Origin: Candidatus Woesearchaeota archaeon
GTDB lineage: Archaea > Nanobdellota > Nanobdellia > Woesearchaeales > UBA11576
Direction: 5' to 3'
NCBI GenBank assembly: GCA_018675335.1
Contig: JABGYH010000007.1
Coordinates: 308,232 to 372,231, forward strand
DNA: 64,000 nt
A program made the position numbers and the translations under genes. Shown here piece after piece: positions 8,251 through 17,496 of the stretch. Position 1 is the first letter of the stretch. Every line of letters starts with the position of its first letter. The notes under the pieces are model-generated. The model saw only the letters and a list, made by a program, of their open reading frames with translations, ran no database searches and had not been told where the DNA came from.

Positions 8251-9615
8251 TTAATCGACAAAATCTATAAACTGCCCATCTTGAATTATGTGAACTTGTT
8301 TTTCAGTTTCATAACCCATTTCTTGACAAAGATCAACAAGTGCAGTCTTCATACTCAAATTACCATGCGCAGGAATAATATGTTTTGGTTTTACCATATT
8401 AATCAAATCTCTCAAATCTTCTCTTGCTGCATGACCACTAACATGAATTTTTTTAAAGAGTCTCACTCCTTTCTTTTTTATTTTCTCTTCTAAAATCTTA
8501 CGATTTGCAATATTAATAGTTGTTGGAATCACATCACAACTAAAAATAATATGATCTTCTTTTTCTAGTTCAAACTTAAATTCACCAGAAATAATTCTTG
8601 ACAAAACAGATTTAGGCTCGGCTTGATGACCTGTGCACACAATCAAATACTTAGAACGATCTTTTTTGACCTCTTCTAACATACGAGCAATTTTCTTTTT
8701 ATAACAAATAACTGTTGCTTCACGAGAAAAATCAACTATTTTAATTGCTTCTGCAGCACCCACATACTTACCTAAACTACGACCTAAAAGAATAACTTTT
8801 CGCTCCAATTTATTACCAAACTCAATAATTGATTTGAGTCTTGCTATATGACTAGAAAAAGTTGTGACAATAACTGCTTTACCCTCGCTATTACAACAAA
8901 GCATAACATCTTTTAGTAATTCACGCGCTACTTGCTCTGAAGGAGTCTTACCATCATTATTTGCACGCGTACAATCAACAATTAATGCAACCACTTTTGA
9001 TTTGGGATCCTCAGAGTTTTCAGAAATTTCCCCAATTCTTTTTAATTTTTCAAAATTAGGTTTTTTACCAAGAGTAGGATTATTATCAAACTTAAAATCA
9101 TTACCATAAATAACTTTACCATACTTAGTATGAACAATCACCATCACAGTCTGAGGAGTACTATGCGTCATGTTAACAAATTCAATAGTGATATTATCAG
9201 AAATTTTATAAGAACAATTAACATTTAAAACTTTAATTTCATTATTAAGTTTTATTTTTTCATCTTTACAAATTCTAAAAATAACTTCTGCAGTAAATGG
9301 CGTGCAAATGATTGGAGACGTAAATTTATTTGACATAAAAGGAATTGCTCCAACATGATCCAGATGTGCGTGAGTTGGAATAATTGCTTTTACTAATTTT
9401 TTCCATTTTTTAATTGGTTCAATATCAGGAATTGCGCCAATTTTAGATAATGCATATGCACTCAAATCAACATTGTCTGCATCTTCAGTATAATTCACAT
9501 AAGCATCCAGATGAAGCCCCATATCAAGAATTACTACCTCATCATCAACTCGCACTGCAGTCATGTTTTTACCAACTTCATTAAATCCTCCCACACCACA
9601 AATTTGTAAAGTCAT
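8251..9615 (-). CDS. beta-CASP family metallo-beta-lactamase RNase (aCPSF2-like, no KH domains)
   Basis: HxHxDH motif (IIPTHAHLDHVGAIPF), ~450 aa, beta-CASP C-terminal region (…IHVSGHAAREDL). Confidence 0.7.
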   Translation of the reverse strand: MTLQICGVGGFNEVGKNMTAVRVDDEVVILDMGLHLDAYVNYTEDADNVDLSAYALSKIGAIPDIEPIKKWKKLVKAIIPTHAHLDHVGAIPFMSNKFTSPIICTPFTAEVIFRICKDEKIKLNNEIKVLNVNCSYKISDNITIEFVNMTHSTPQTVMVIVHTKYGKVIYGNDFKFDNNPTLGKKPNFEKLKRIGEISENSEDPKSKVVALIVDCTRANNDGKTPSEQVARELLKDVMLCCNSEGKAVIVTTFSSHIARLKSIIEFGNKLERKVILLGRSLGKYVGAAEAIKIVDFSREATVICYKKKIARMLEEVKKDRSKYLIVCTGHQAEPKSVLSRIISGEFKFELEKEDHIIFSCDVIPTTINIANRKILEEKIKKKGVRLFKKIHVSGHAAREDLRDLINMVKPKHIIPAHGNLSMKTALVDLCQEMGYETEKQVHIIQDGQFIDFVD

Positions 9616-9802
9616 GAAAAAAGATTCAGGATAATTTGTTTATAAATCTTTGGAAGAAAAAGAAACTGAATTTGATTGAAAGCAGATGACTGCAATAAGT
9701 TTTATATATCACTGCAAGATTTCTTTTACGCAGCGCGAAAGGCTTAAATTGGTTAATTGAACGCTAAACTAATGTTACCTTAAAATTAATGCTTAAAAAA
9801 AC

Positions 9803-10007
9803 GTGGGGGTAGCAAAGTATGGTCAAATGCGCTGGACTCAAGTTAAATTTGAGTGATGAGCTTATGCGATGAATAATTACGCATATGACTTTCCTATTAT
9901 GAGGAATCCAGTCCTTTAGTAGGTTCAGGGGTTCGAAATTAAATATGATTTTTTTAGTGCTTAAAACTAACTAAAAACCATATTTGACGATTGTCCCCTC
10001 CCCCACA
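9803..10007 (+). tRNA. tRNA-Leu(CAA) interrupted by two introns (canonical 37/38 intron ~63 nt plus a ~57-nt insertion in the T-loop)
   Basis: Acceptor GTGGGGG/CCCCCAC with discriminator A; D-arm GCA-AAGTATGGTCAAA-TGC; anticodon stem CTGGA/TCCAG with loop CTCAAG|intron|A; 15-nt variable arm TCCTTTAGTAGGTTC; T-stem AGGGG/CCCCT with TTCGAAA followed by a 57-nt insert before CCCCT. The BHB-like 3' half (TGAG helix plus 3-nt bulge GAA) is visible at the anticodon intron. Confidence 0.7.
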
Positions 10008-10049
10008 TTTTCTATTTTTTTATCATAAATAATAATTAGAACAATAAAA

Positions 10050-11084
10050 TTAAAAGAAATCTCCAAGACCTTTTTGCGCTGCTTTTTGTTGTTGCTTTTC
10101 AAGTTTTTTTAATGCAGACAAAACACGATCTTTGCTAAAATCATGTTCTTCACATAAAATTTTACAAACCCTATCAGGATCAATTGCAGTCCAGGTTAAA
10201 TCATAATCATCAGTGTGAGGCATTTTTTTAAATAAATAAAATACTTCAGTCCAAGGAAAATCAAAAAAATCATCCCACTTAACTTCTTCAAATAAACTAT
10301 CAAAATCAGAACCATGTTTTTTAACTAACTTAATTGCATTTTTTGGACCAATACCCCTAATTCCTCCAACATTGAAATCAGTTCCAACTAACATGCCGAC
10401 AGCAATTAATTGATCTCTATCAATACCTAAATGATTAAGGTTTTCTGCAAGTTCTATTATTTCAGGTTTAATTTGTTCATAAGACAATCTGCCCAACATT
10501 TTTTTACGCTCAGAAATAGTTAAATTACGAACCATAATAGGCACTCCAAACATCAAACAATCAAAGTCTTGAGAAATTTCATAATCAACTTCCCCTTTTG
10601 AAACCATGTATGCTGCTTGGGCCTCCCCCTCGCTTGGTGCTTGAATAACTGGAATTCCCAGCGCCAATAAAAGTTCTTTTGCTTCACTTACCATTTCAGG
10701 ACTTAACTTAGCAGTTCTTGCAGCAAATTTTTTCATACCTTCGAGATCGTGCTCAGCTTCCGCTTCTTTAAATTTTTTTTGAGCGTCTGATTTGAGTTGT
10801 GCTCGCCTAATACGTTCTTTAGTTTTAAGTTCTGGTGCTTTCCCATCAAAAACAAAAGCAAGTTTCATTCCATGAGACATAAGTTTAGTTGACCTATAAA
10901 ATAATCCACTAAGATGAGATGTTACTCTACCTTTAGAATCAGTAAGAAGTGCTCCGTCTCTTTGACGAATTGTCGATACAAATTGATATAAAATATTAAA
11001 TGCATCTACTGCAAACGTTTTATTATTAAATTGATTAATCGACGCTTCTTTTTTCAAAATTAAATCTTTAAGATTAACACCCAT
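10050..11084 (-). CDS. fen: Flap endonuclease 1 (FEN-1)
   Basis: N-terminus MGVNLKDLI…AVDAFNILYQF, XPG-N/I domains, and a C-terminal PIP-like tail (…QKGLGDFF). Confidence 0.85.
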   Translation of the reverse strand: MGVNLKDLILKKEASINQFNNKTFAVDAFNILYQFVSTIRQRDGALLTDSKGRVTSHLSGLFYRSTKLMSHGMKLAFVFDGKAPELKTKERIRRAQLKSDAQKKFKEAEAEHDLEGMKKFAARTAKLSPEMVSEAKELLLALGIPVIQAPSEGEAQAAYMVSKGEVDYEISQDFDCLMFGVPIMVRNLTISERKKMLGRLSYEQIKPEIIELAENLNHLGIDRDQLIAVGMLVGTDFNVGGIRGIGPKNAIKLVKKHGSDFDSLFEEVKWDDFFDFPWTEVFYLFKKMPHTDDYDLTWTAIDPDRVCKILCEEHDFSKDRVLSALKKLEKQQQKAAQKGLGDFF

Positions 11085-11194
11085 TCAAGACACCTTTTAA
11101 ACTGAATTTAGACTTCTGGTTATTGACTGTGCTCACAAACTTCCCAGCATAAAATATTTATGAATTACAGATTTATGAATTATATATTTACAGT

Positions 11195-12472
11195 TCAGAT
11201 ATTGTTGATGACCATTCCTTTAAATTCATTAGACAACATTTCTTCTGCTCGCTTAGTTAACTTTCCCGACGTAACAAAAAGAACAGGTAACTTTTTTAAT
11301 TGTCCTTGAACAAACGCTGAACTTAAATCACCATCATTAATTGTTTTTTTTGATTTAGCTTTACAATAAAAACTAATAACTCCTACTGGACTTGGAACAT
11401 CAAGTACCAAATCAAGTTCAGAATTTTTTCGAATAATTTTTATGTCAATAAGTTTAATATCATTTGATTTTAAAAATGAACTTATTTGAGACCCGAACTC
11501 ATCATCAGGAATTTGAGGAAGTGGTTTTTCAAAAGTTTTTTGCGTTTCATTAGAAATTGATTCAAGTTTTGATTTTTTAGGTTTTGGTTTATCCCTCGAT
11601 ATTTCTTTAATTTGAGAAATTTCTTTTCTTAAGTCTGAGATGATAGATTTTTGTTGATTGATAAGATCATTTCTATGTTTTAAAAGAGATTGTTCTAATT
11701 CTAAAATTGTTTGATGATCATTAAGTTGAGCTTTAGATGGTACTTCACTATCACTCGTTGTTGAAGGAACCTGACTTTTTTGAGTTAATACTTCAGGCTC
11801 CACATTTGGTTGCGCATTAGGTCGGGGTGATTCAACTGGCGTTGGTTGTGCAGGATGAGTTTGAGTAATTGGTTTTTGAGTTGGTTGTATGTGCTCCGCT
11901 GCAATTGAATTAGAATTTTCTTTTTGAACCTGAGTGTTTTGCGATTGAACTTGATTATTTTCAGGAACATCTGCTTTTGGAACTTCATCTACTTTTTCAA
12001 CTTCAGGTGCAGACTTATCTTCAATTCCCAATAATTTTTTAATAAAAACCGAACTCTCATCATTTGATAACAAATACCATTTCCAAAAAATTTCAGTAGA
12101 ATTATTATGCGAAACTTCTAACGGAATTGCAAAGTCTTTAATTTCTCTTAAACTAACTCGCACCAAAGGAGTCTGAGTTGAATCTTGAAGAATCTTTTTA
12201 GATTTTAATAAATCAAAAGTATCACGATCTTTTGCATTAAGTTTATTTGAAAAATTTTGAAGAAGATGTTCTTGACCTGGCTTAAAATACAAAGGAGACC
12301 CCCCAAATTTCAAATTTGAAAGCTTTAAAATTTTATTATCAACAAGCTCGGATAACATAGCTGATGTAAACAGAATATTTAGATTTAATTCCTTATTAAT
12401 ATTTGATGGAATAACTGGGCCTTTAATACTTATTAACTGAAGGATCTTAGACTGGTTATCTGGAGCTGCCAT
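11195..12472 (-). CDS. Hypothetical protein: N-terminal winged-helix-like domain, P/Q-rich linker, C-terminal restriction-endonuclease-like (PD-(D/E)xK-like) domain
   Basis: C-terminal segment ELDLVLDVPSPVGVISFYCKAKSKK resembles the D…(D/E)xK core of Hjc-like nucleases. The middle ~120 aa is Q/P/S-rich. Confidence 0.4.
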   Translation of the reverse strand: MAAPDNQSKILQLISIKGPVIPSNINKELNLNILFTSAMLSELVDNKILKLSNLKFGGSPLYFKPGQEHLLQNFSNKLNAKDRDTFDLLKSKKILQDSTQTPLVRVSLREIKDFAIPLEVSHNNSTEIFWKWYLLSNDESSVFIKKLLGIEDKSAPEVEKVDEVPKADVPENNQVQSQNTQVQKENSNSIAAEHIQPTQKPITQTHPAQPTPVESPRPNAQPNVEPEVLTQKSQVPSTTSDSEVPSKAQLNDHQTILELEQSLLKHRNDLINQQKSIISDLRKEISQIKEISRDKPKPKKSKLESISNETQKTFEKPLPQIPDDEFGSQISSFLKSNDIKLIDIKIIRKNSELDLVLDVPSPVGVISFYCKAKSKKTINDGDLSSAFVQGQLKKLPVLFVTSGKLTKRAEEMLSNEFKGMVINNI

Positions 12473-12587
12473 AATACAAAATAAAAGAAATCAAAGGTAT
12501 ATAAGTATTTTGATACAAGTGGAAAGTAAAAACAAAAAAAAGTAAATTAAGTTAAAAAAATGATTAGAAATTTAATTATAACTACGT

Positions 12588-13118
12588 TTATGGTCGCATC
12601 CAACGAATTTCCCAGTAAGTAACATCAGTCTCAGCATCAACAACACCGATTAAAAGCCGTTTTTTAGTTGAGTTTGCAACACGATTTTTTGCAGAAAATT
12701 CATACCATGAAAAACTATCTGATTCTTTAACAGGATATACTAACCATTTGGCATGATCTTCACCAGGTTTCACACCACGATCGTAAACCCTAAAATCAGC
12801 ACCAAACTTAAGTGCAGTCTTAACAATATACCCTCTGTTTCTTAAATCCTTAAACACGCAGAATCTAGTCCAGAAATTATTTTCTTTTCTTAACGCTTTT
12901 TTAAGAAAATTCTGATCATCAAGTGGCTTATTACGAAGATCAGTAATGACAATACGTTTTTTTTGCATAAGATAATAAGCTTCAATAAGAGATAATTCTA
13001 CTCTGCTTTCAACAACAACCCCAAATCTACTTTGATTATAAAGTTCTCTTGCTATATCACTATCTTCAGTTAATACTCTTTCCTTAGCAAAAATTGCTTT
13101 AACAACTTGTTTTGGCAT
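12588..13118 (-). CDS. endA: tRNA-splicing endonuclease (EndA), short alpha4-type length (176 aa)
   Basis: Catalytic region FGADFRVYDRG…HAKWLVYPV…STKK matches the EndA Tyr/His/Lys core. Confidence 0.75.
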   Translation of the reverse strand: MPKQVVKAIFAKERVLTEDSDIARELYNQSRFGVVVESRVELSLIEAYYLMQKKRIVITDLRNKPLDDQNFLKKALRKENNFWTRFCVFKDLRNRGYIVKTALKFGADFRVYDRGVKPGEDHAKWLVYPVKESDSFSWYEFSAKNRVANSTKKRLLIGVVDAETDVTYWEIRWMRP

Positions 13119-13262
13119 TTTATATCAGATTGAGAGGGTTATTTATAAAGGTTTGGGGATTTAATAACTTTGTTTAAATAGGATTTATAAAGGAAAATAA
13201 TATAAATGGATAATGGAAATTAACTAATAATATATTCACTAAAATTGATTGTGCGTACGCCA

Positions 13263-13690
13263 ATTACAAACTCAATCGTACTCGATTATTAAAAAAAACT
13301 CAAAACAAAAATAAAATGCAACTAACATTTTTAGGCACCAACTGGTTACGCTCAGCTTGACACGCAACACCCAGTACGATTTCGCAAACTCAATCGTACT
13401 CGATTATTAAAAAAAACTCAAAACAAAAATAAAATGCAACTAACATTTTTGGGCACCAACTGGTTACGCTCAGCTTGACACGCAACATCCAGTACGATTT
13501 CATAAATTCAATCGTACGCAATTTTAAAAAAAAACTCAAAACAAAAACAAAATGCAACTAACATTTTTGGGCACCAACTGGTTACGCTCAGCTTGACACG
13601 CAACATCCAGTACGATTTCATAAACTCAATCGTACGCAATTTTAAAAAAAAACTCAAAACAAAAACAAAATGCAACTAACATTTTTAGGC
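13263..13690. repeat. 118-bp tandem repeat x ~3.6, each unit containing a TATA-like box and the first 27 nt of the RNase Z gene
   Basis: ATG of the repeated unit sits at 13316, 13434, 13552 and 13670 (period exactly 118). The first three copies continue caccaactggttacgctcagcTTGA (a 14-aa uORF). The fourth copy continues into the real rnz ORF. Confidence 0.9.
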
Positions 13691-14578
13691 ACTAGTGCCA
13701 TGGTTCCAACAAAGGAACGAAATGTATCAGGGATTTTTCTAGATTACAAAACAGAAGGAATACTATTTGATTGCGGAGAAGGAACGCAAAGACAGATGAA
13801 TATAACTGGAATAAAAAGATCAAAGGTTACAAAAATACTAATCAGCCATTGGCATGGAGATCACGTTTCAGGAATTATTGGCCTCATCCAAACAATGGGT
13901 TCAGATCAAGTAACTCACACAGTAAGAATATATGGCCCAACAGAAACTAAAAAAAGAGTTGAACATATGATGCAAACTTGCATATTTGATCAAAAAATAG
14001 AAATTGAAGTGATGGAACTTGAACCTGTGGGAACAGAAGTATTAAGATTTTTTGAAAACGAAAATTATGCACTAGAATGTGCTGCTCTTGATCATAAACT
14101 ACCTTGCATAGGATTTAATTTTATTCAAAAAGATCAGCTTAATGTGAGCATGGCAAAAATTAGCAAATTAGGACTGAGTGAAGGCCCATACTTAAGACAA
14201 ATTAAAGAAGGAAAAGATGTTACTGTAAACGGAATTAAAGTTCTTTGTAAAGATGTAACGTATCTTAAACCAGGAAAAAAAATAAGTTATGTTGCAGATA
14301 CTCAAACTTGCGAAGGTGCACTGAGACTCGCCGAAAATGCAGACATACTAATAAGTGAATGCGTTTATGCCTCATCAACACACCAAGAAAAAGCAGAACA
14401 ATACAAACACATGAGCGCAAAAGATGCAGCAATGCTTGCAAATCGGGCAGAAGCAAAAAAATTAATACTCACACACTTTTCTCAAAGATACAAAAACACA
14501 CAAGACATAGAAGAAGAAGCTAGCATGTACTTTGATAATGTAATTTGTGCAGAAGATTTTATGAAAATAAAAATTTAA
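13670..14578 (+). CDS. rnz: Ribonuclease Z (tRNA 3' endonuclease), metallo-beta-lactamase fold
   Basis: MQLTFLGTSAMVP…; HxHxDH (ISHWHGDHVSGI); C-terminal …LILTHFSQRY. Confidence 0.85.
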   Translation: MQLTFLGTSAMVPTKERNVSGIFLDYKTEGILFDCGEGTQRQMNITGIKRSKVTKILISHWHGDHVSGIIGLIQTMGSDQVTHTVRIYGPTETKKRVEHMMQTCIFDQKIEIEVMELEPVGTEVLRFFENENYALECAALDHKLPCIGFNFIQKDQLNVSMAKISKLGLSEGPYLRQIKEGKDVTVNGIKVLCKDVTYLKPGKKISYVADTQTCEGALRLAENADILISECVYASSTHQEKAEQYKHMSAKDAAMLANRAEAKKLILTHFSQRYKNTQDIEEEASMYFDNVICAEDFMKIKI

Positions 14579-14658
14579 TTCTTTTCTCGACGAGAAAAAT
14601 TCATCTGCTTTGTTTAAATTCATAATTTTAAAACAGAAATTGTTAAACTAAAATATAA

Positions 14659-14796
14659 TTAAAATTCCCAAATAGACTTCTGTCCGGCTTTCAAAAGCTG
14701 TTCTGCTTCATCATAAGTTATACGTCGTTTATTCATCAAAGCTCTAACTTGAGTTTCAAAAGTTTCTTCTTCAGTTTTTTTTTGCTCACCAAACAT
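14659..14796 (-). CDS. Small hypothetical protein (45 aa), missing from the ORF track
   Basis: Reverse-strand ORF MFGEQKKTEEETFETQVRALMNKRRITYDEAEQLLKAGQKSIWEF* in the rnz-hjc intergenic region. No family assignment. Confidence 0.3.
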   Translation of the reverse strand: MFGEQKKTEEETFETQVRALMNKRRITYDEAEQLLKAGQKSIWEF

Positions 14797-15021
14797 CTTA
14801 ATATAAAATTATTAGAAATGTTATTTAAAGTTTGTTTACCATTACACAATTAAATAAATAAATATGAAATCGCACAATAGTAACAAAAACATGAATTGTT
14901 TATGTAATGCCCCAGAAATACATATTTGATCAAAAGTTTTGATTGATAAAAACATAATAATAAAAATAGTTCTTACTTAAGTAAACACATAATTATTTTG
15001 AAATGTAAACAATAAATAACA

Positions 15022-15414
15022 ATGAGTCTAAAAAGTAAAGGAATTAATGCTGAAAGAGAATTAATCCACAAATTTTGGGGATCTGGTTGGGCCTCAACAA
15101 GAGTTGCAGGAAGTGGTTCAATCAAATACGCTAGTCCTGATGTTATTGCAGGACGAGGTAATCGTAAAATAGTAATAGAATGCAAAGTCACTAAAAATAC
15201 TCGGCAATATCTCACCCATAAAGAAGTAAAAGAATTACAAGAGTTTGCAAGCATATTTGGAGGGGAAGCCTGGATCGGGGTTAAATTTAATTCTTACGGC
15301 TGGTATTTTTTAAATATTGAAGACTTAGAACTAACACCTAAAAGTTATGTTACAAGTTTAGAACATGCAAAATTAAAAGGATTACTCTTCGAAGAATTAA
15401 TTGAATTCAAATAA
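15022..15414 (+). CDS. hjc: Holliday junction resolvase Hjc
   Basis: RELIHKFWGSGWASTRVAGSGS…SPDVIAGRGNRKIVIECKVTK carries the PD…ExK catalytic motif of archaeal Hjc. Confidence 0.8.
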   Translation: MSLKSKGINAERELIHKFWGSGWASTRVAGSGSIKYASPDVIAGRGNRKIVIECKVTKNTRQYLTHKEVKELQEFASIFGGEAWIGVKFNSYGWYFLNIEDLELTPKSYVTSLEHAKLKGLLFEELIEFK

Positions 15415-15426
15415 ATTATTATGAAT

Positions 15427-16356
15427 TTACTTTTTTTTAGCTTTTGTTTTTTTAAGAAGTTCATCAACTTCTTTTTCCTTCTTCTTAATTTTTTTAACTT
15501 CAGATTTTACTTCTTGAATCTCATCTTCTTGACGTTCATGTGATTCTTCTGCTCGATCCAACTTATGTTCTTCTCTTTTTAAAATATTACTTTGAGTGCC
15601 AGAAATGTAAACTAATAACAATGCAATAAATAACACATTAATTACCATCCCAAACATAATTTCCAAACTAGTCATAAATCTTGCTGCAGTCGATAAAGGA
15701 GTAATTTCTCCATACCCAATTGTTGCAAATGTTACAACACTATAATAAATAAAAGTAGTTGGTTCAAGTTCTTCTTCAAATCCAACAGTAAATGCGTCCG
15801 GCGAATGAACATACATATCATAATACTGCATACCAAAACCAAAAATATACAATAAAACAATCGCAAGATACACAACCATAACGTATAATTGTTTTCCTTT
15901 AATGAACCAATCTTTAATATTAGAATAAATACCTAAAACTTCGGGAGCAAAAATAAATGTTAATAAAAGATAATGCGCAAAATAACACAACGACCCAAGT
16001 AAAAAACCAGGATTACCTGCTAATGCAGAAGGCAAGGAAAGTCCAATACCCACAAGAAAAAAAGCTAAAATGGAATATCTAATTCCTGAAATTTTCTCTC
16101 GCCTACGAATAAAAGGGATTATCAACATAAAAATAAGAAATGTAAAAACAAACATGAAAATTCTAGCGACAATAGTTTGCGATGTTTCAAAGAAAATACT
16201 AAAAATTGAACCTAACCAAAAAGAAATCAAAAGCGCAATTAAAATAGGAATAAAAAAGAGCAAATTATAATTAACTAATTTCATAAGAGAAATATCAGTT
16301 TTGCCAATATCAGACGGGTGCGACACCTCTTTTTTCATACGATCCCACAGATTCAT
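15427..16356 (-). CDS. Potassium channel (6TM plus pore, TIGYGE selectivity filter) with a charged coiled-coil C-terminus
   Basis: Selectivity-filter sequence TFATIGYGEITP; multiple TM helices before it; Lys/Glu-rich tail. Confidence 0.75.
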   Translation of the reverse strand: MNLWDRMKKEVSHPSDIGKTDISLMKLVNYNLLFFIPILIALLISFWLGSIFSIFFETSQTIVARIFMFVFTFLIFMLIIPFIRRREKISGIRYSILAFFLVGIGLSLPSALAGNPGFLLGSLCYFAHYLLLTFIFAPEVLGIYSNIKDWFIKGKQLYVMVVYLAIVLLYIFGFGMQYYDMYVHSPDAFTVGFEEELEPTTFIYYSVVTFATIGYGEITPLSTAARFMTSLEIMFGMVINVLFIALLLVYISGTQSNILKREEHKLDRAEESHERQEDEIQEVKSEVKKIKKKEKEVDELLKKTKAKKK

Positions 16357-16469
16357 TATTTAAATACAAATAAAAAGACTATTTAAATGTTTCTCATAAA
16401 AAAAATAAAAAAGATTACACCAACAAAGAAATAGTAAGATTAATAAAACTCAAATTAATACAAACTAAT

Positions 16470-17069
16470 ATGAAATCTTGGATGCATAAATTCGAACATT
16501 TAATTGATAAATCAATACCTTATACTTTAATACTATTATTAGGAATCATTGTTATTGAAATATTTTTTAAAGACTTTGCACACCACTACCACACAATAAT
16601 TTCCATACTTGATTGGATTGTAATTTCAGTATTTGTTTTTGATCTTGTGTTCAAATATATCCGAATAAGAAATGTAAAAAATTTTATAAAAAAATGCTGG
16701 CTAGATATTATCGCAGTATTTCCTTTCTTTATTTTTTTTCGAGCAATAGAAGGAATTGCAGGGACATTATCATTTGGACTCAATGAAGGACTTGGAACAT
16801 TTCAAAGCATTCTACACGAGGGAGTCGAAGTTGAAAAGGAAGGCGCAAAAATAATTGAAGCAATAGAAAAAGAAGGCACACGAGGTGCAAAAATGACTCG
16901 AAGCACTCGATTTACAAGATTTGTTCGAATGTTTTCACGAACTCCCCGATTTTTAAAAGCAGTGCCTTTTTATGCAAAACCAACAGGCCAACATCACCCT
17001 CACGAAACCATACTCAATAATAAAAAGAAAGCACATAAAAAAACTAATTCTAAAAAGAAAAGAGTATGA
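16470..17069 (+). CDS. Membrane protein resembling a pore-less ion-channel transmembrane module, with an Arg/Lys-rich C-terminal tail
   Basis: 3-4 TM helices (…LDIIAVFPFFIFF…) without a GYG pore. The C-terminus RSTRFTRFVRMFSRTPRF is highly basic. Confidence 0.35.
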   Translation: MKSWMHKFEHLIDKSIPYTLILLLGIIVIEIFFKDFAHHYHTIISILDWIVISVFVFDLVFKYIRIRNVKNFIKKCWLDIIAVFPFFIFFRAIEGIAGTLSFGLNEGLGTFQSILHEGVEVEKEGAKIIEAIEKEGTRGAKMTRSTRFTRFVRMFSRTPRFLKAVPFYAKPTGQHHPHETILNNKKKAHKKTNSKKKRV

Positions 17070-17116
17070 TATTGAACATACTTAATGTCTAATTAATAAT
17101 AATTAAAAAGAATAAA

Positions 17117-17229
17117 AGCCCTTGGTGAGAGTTGAACTCACGACCTGCTGCTAACTCAAATAAACACATTTTACAAGTTCTGTGTTAGGATATACGAGGC
17201 AGCCGCTCCAGCCACTAAGCTACAAGGGC
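17117..17229 (-). tRNA. tRNA-Thr(CGU) with a ~40-nt canonical-position intron
   Basis: Reverse complement gives acceptor GCCCTTG/CAAGGGC; D-arm GCTT-AGTGGCTG-GAGC; anticodon stem GCTGC/GCAGC with loop CTCGTA|intron|A; variable loop AGGTC; T-arm GTGAG-TTCAACT-CTCAC. BHB 3' half: TGAG helix plus TTA bulge. Confidence 0.7.
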
Positions 17230-17271
17230 AAGTATGAACGTAAATTCAAACATGACTATAATTAAATTTTT

Positions 17272-17417
17272 TCTAATACTTCCTTTTTTGTTTGAAACTT
17301 ATTTTGACATTCACTACAAATAATATGCTTCTTACCCTTTTCATCCTTAACATAAGAACCAAATGGTTTTTCTAAAAAATTCATTTGAACCTTTTGCTTA
17401 CAAATCTCGCACTTCAT
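17272..17417 (-). CDS. Small Zn-ribbon protein (48 aa; CxxC…CxxC), missing from the ORF track
   Basis: MKCEICKQKVQMNFLEKPFGSYVKDEKGKKHIICSECQNKFQTKKEVLEKI*. Confidence 0.4.
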
Positions 17418-17496
17418 ATTAACTAAAGAAAAAAGATTTGTTTATAAATTTAATCAAATAAGTTTAAATACTTAAAAAACCAATATATACATTAAA

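Noticed and set aside
8281-9109. Plus-strand ORFs (8281-8493, 8864-9109) inside the beta-CASP RNase gene
   Set aside because: Antisense to a gene with clear metallo-beta-lactamase motifs.
13263-13690. Possibility that the 118-bp array is a CRISPR array
   Set aside because: Units are 118 bp and near-identical throughout, with no unique spacers; they duplicate a promoter and gene start, so this is not repeat-spacer architecture. No cas genes in the window.
14973-15254. 93-aa minus-strand ORF overlapping hjc
   Set aside because: Hjc on the plus strand has the catalytic motif; the antisense ORF has no support.
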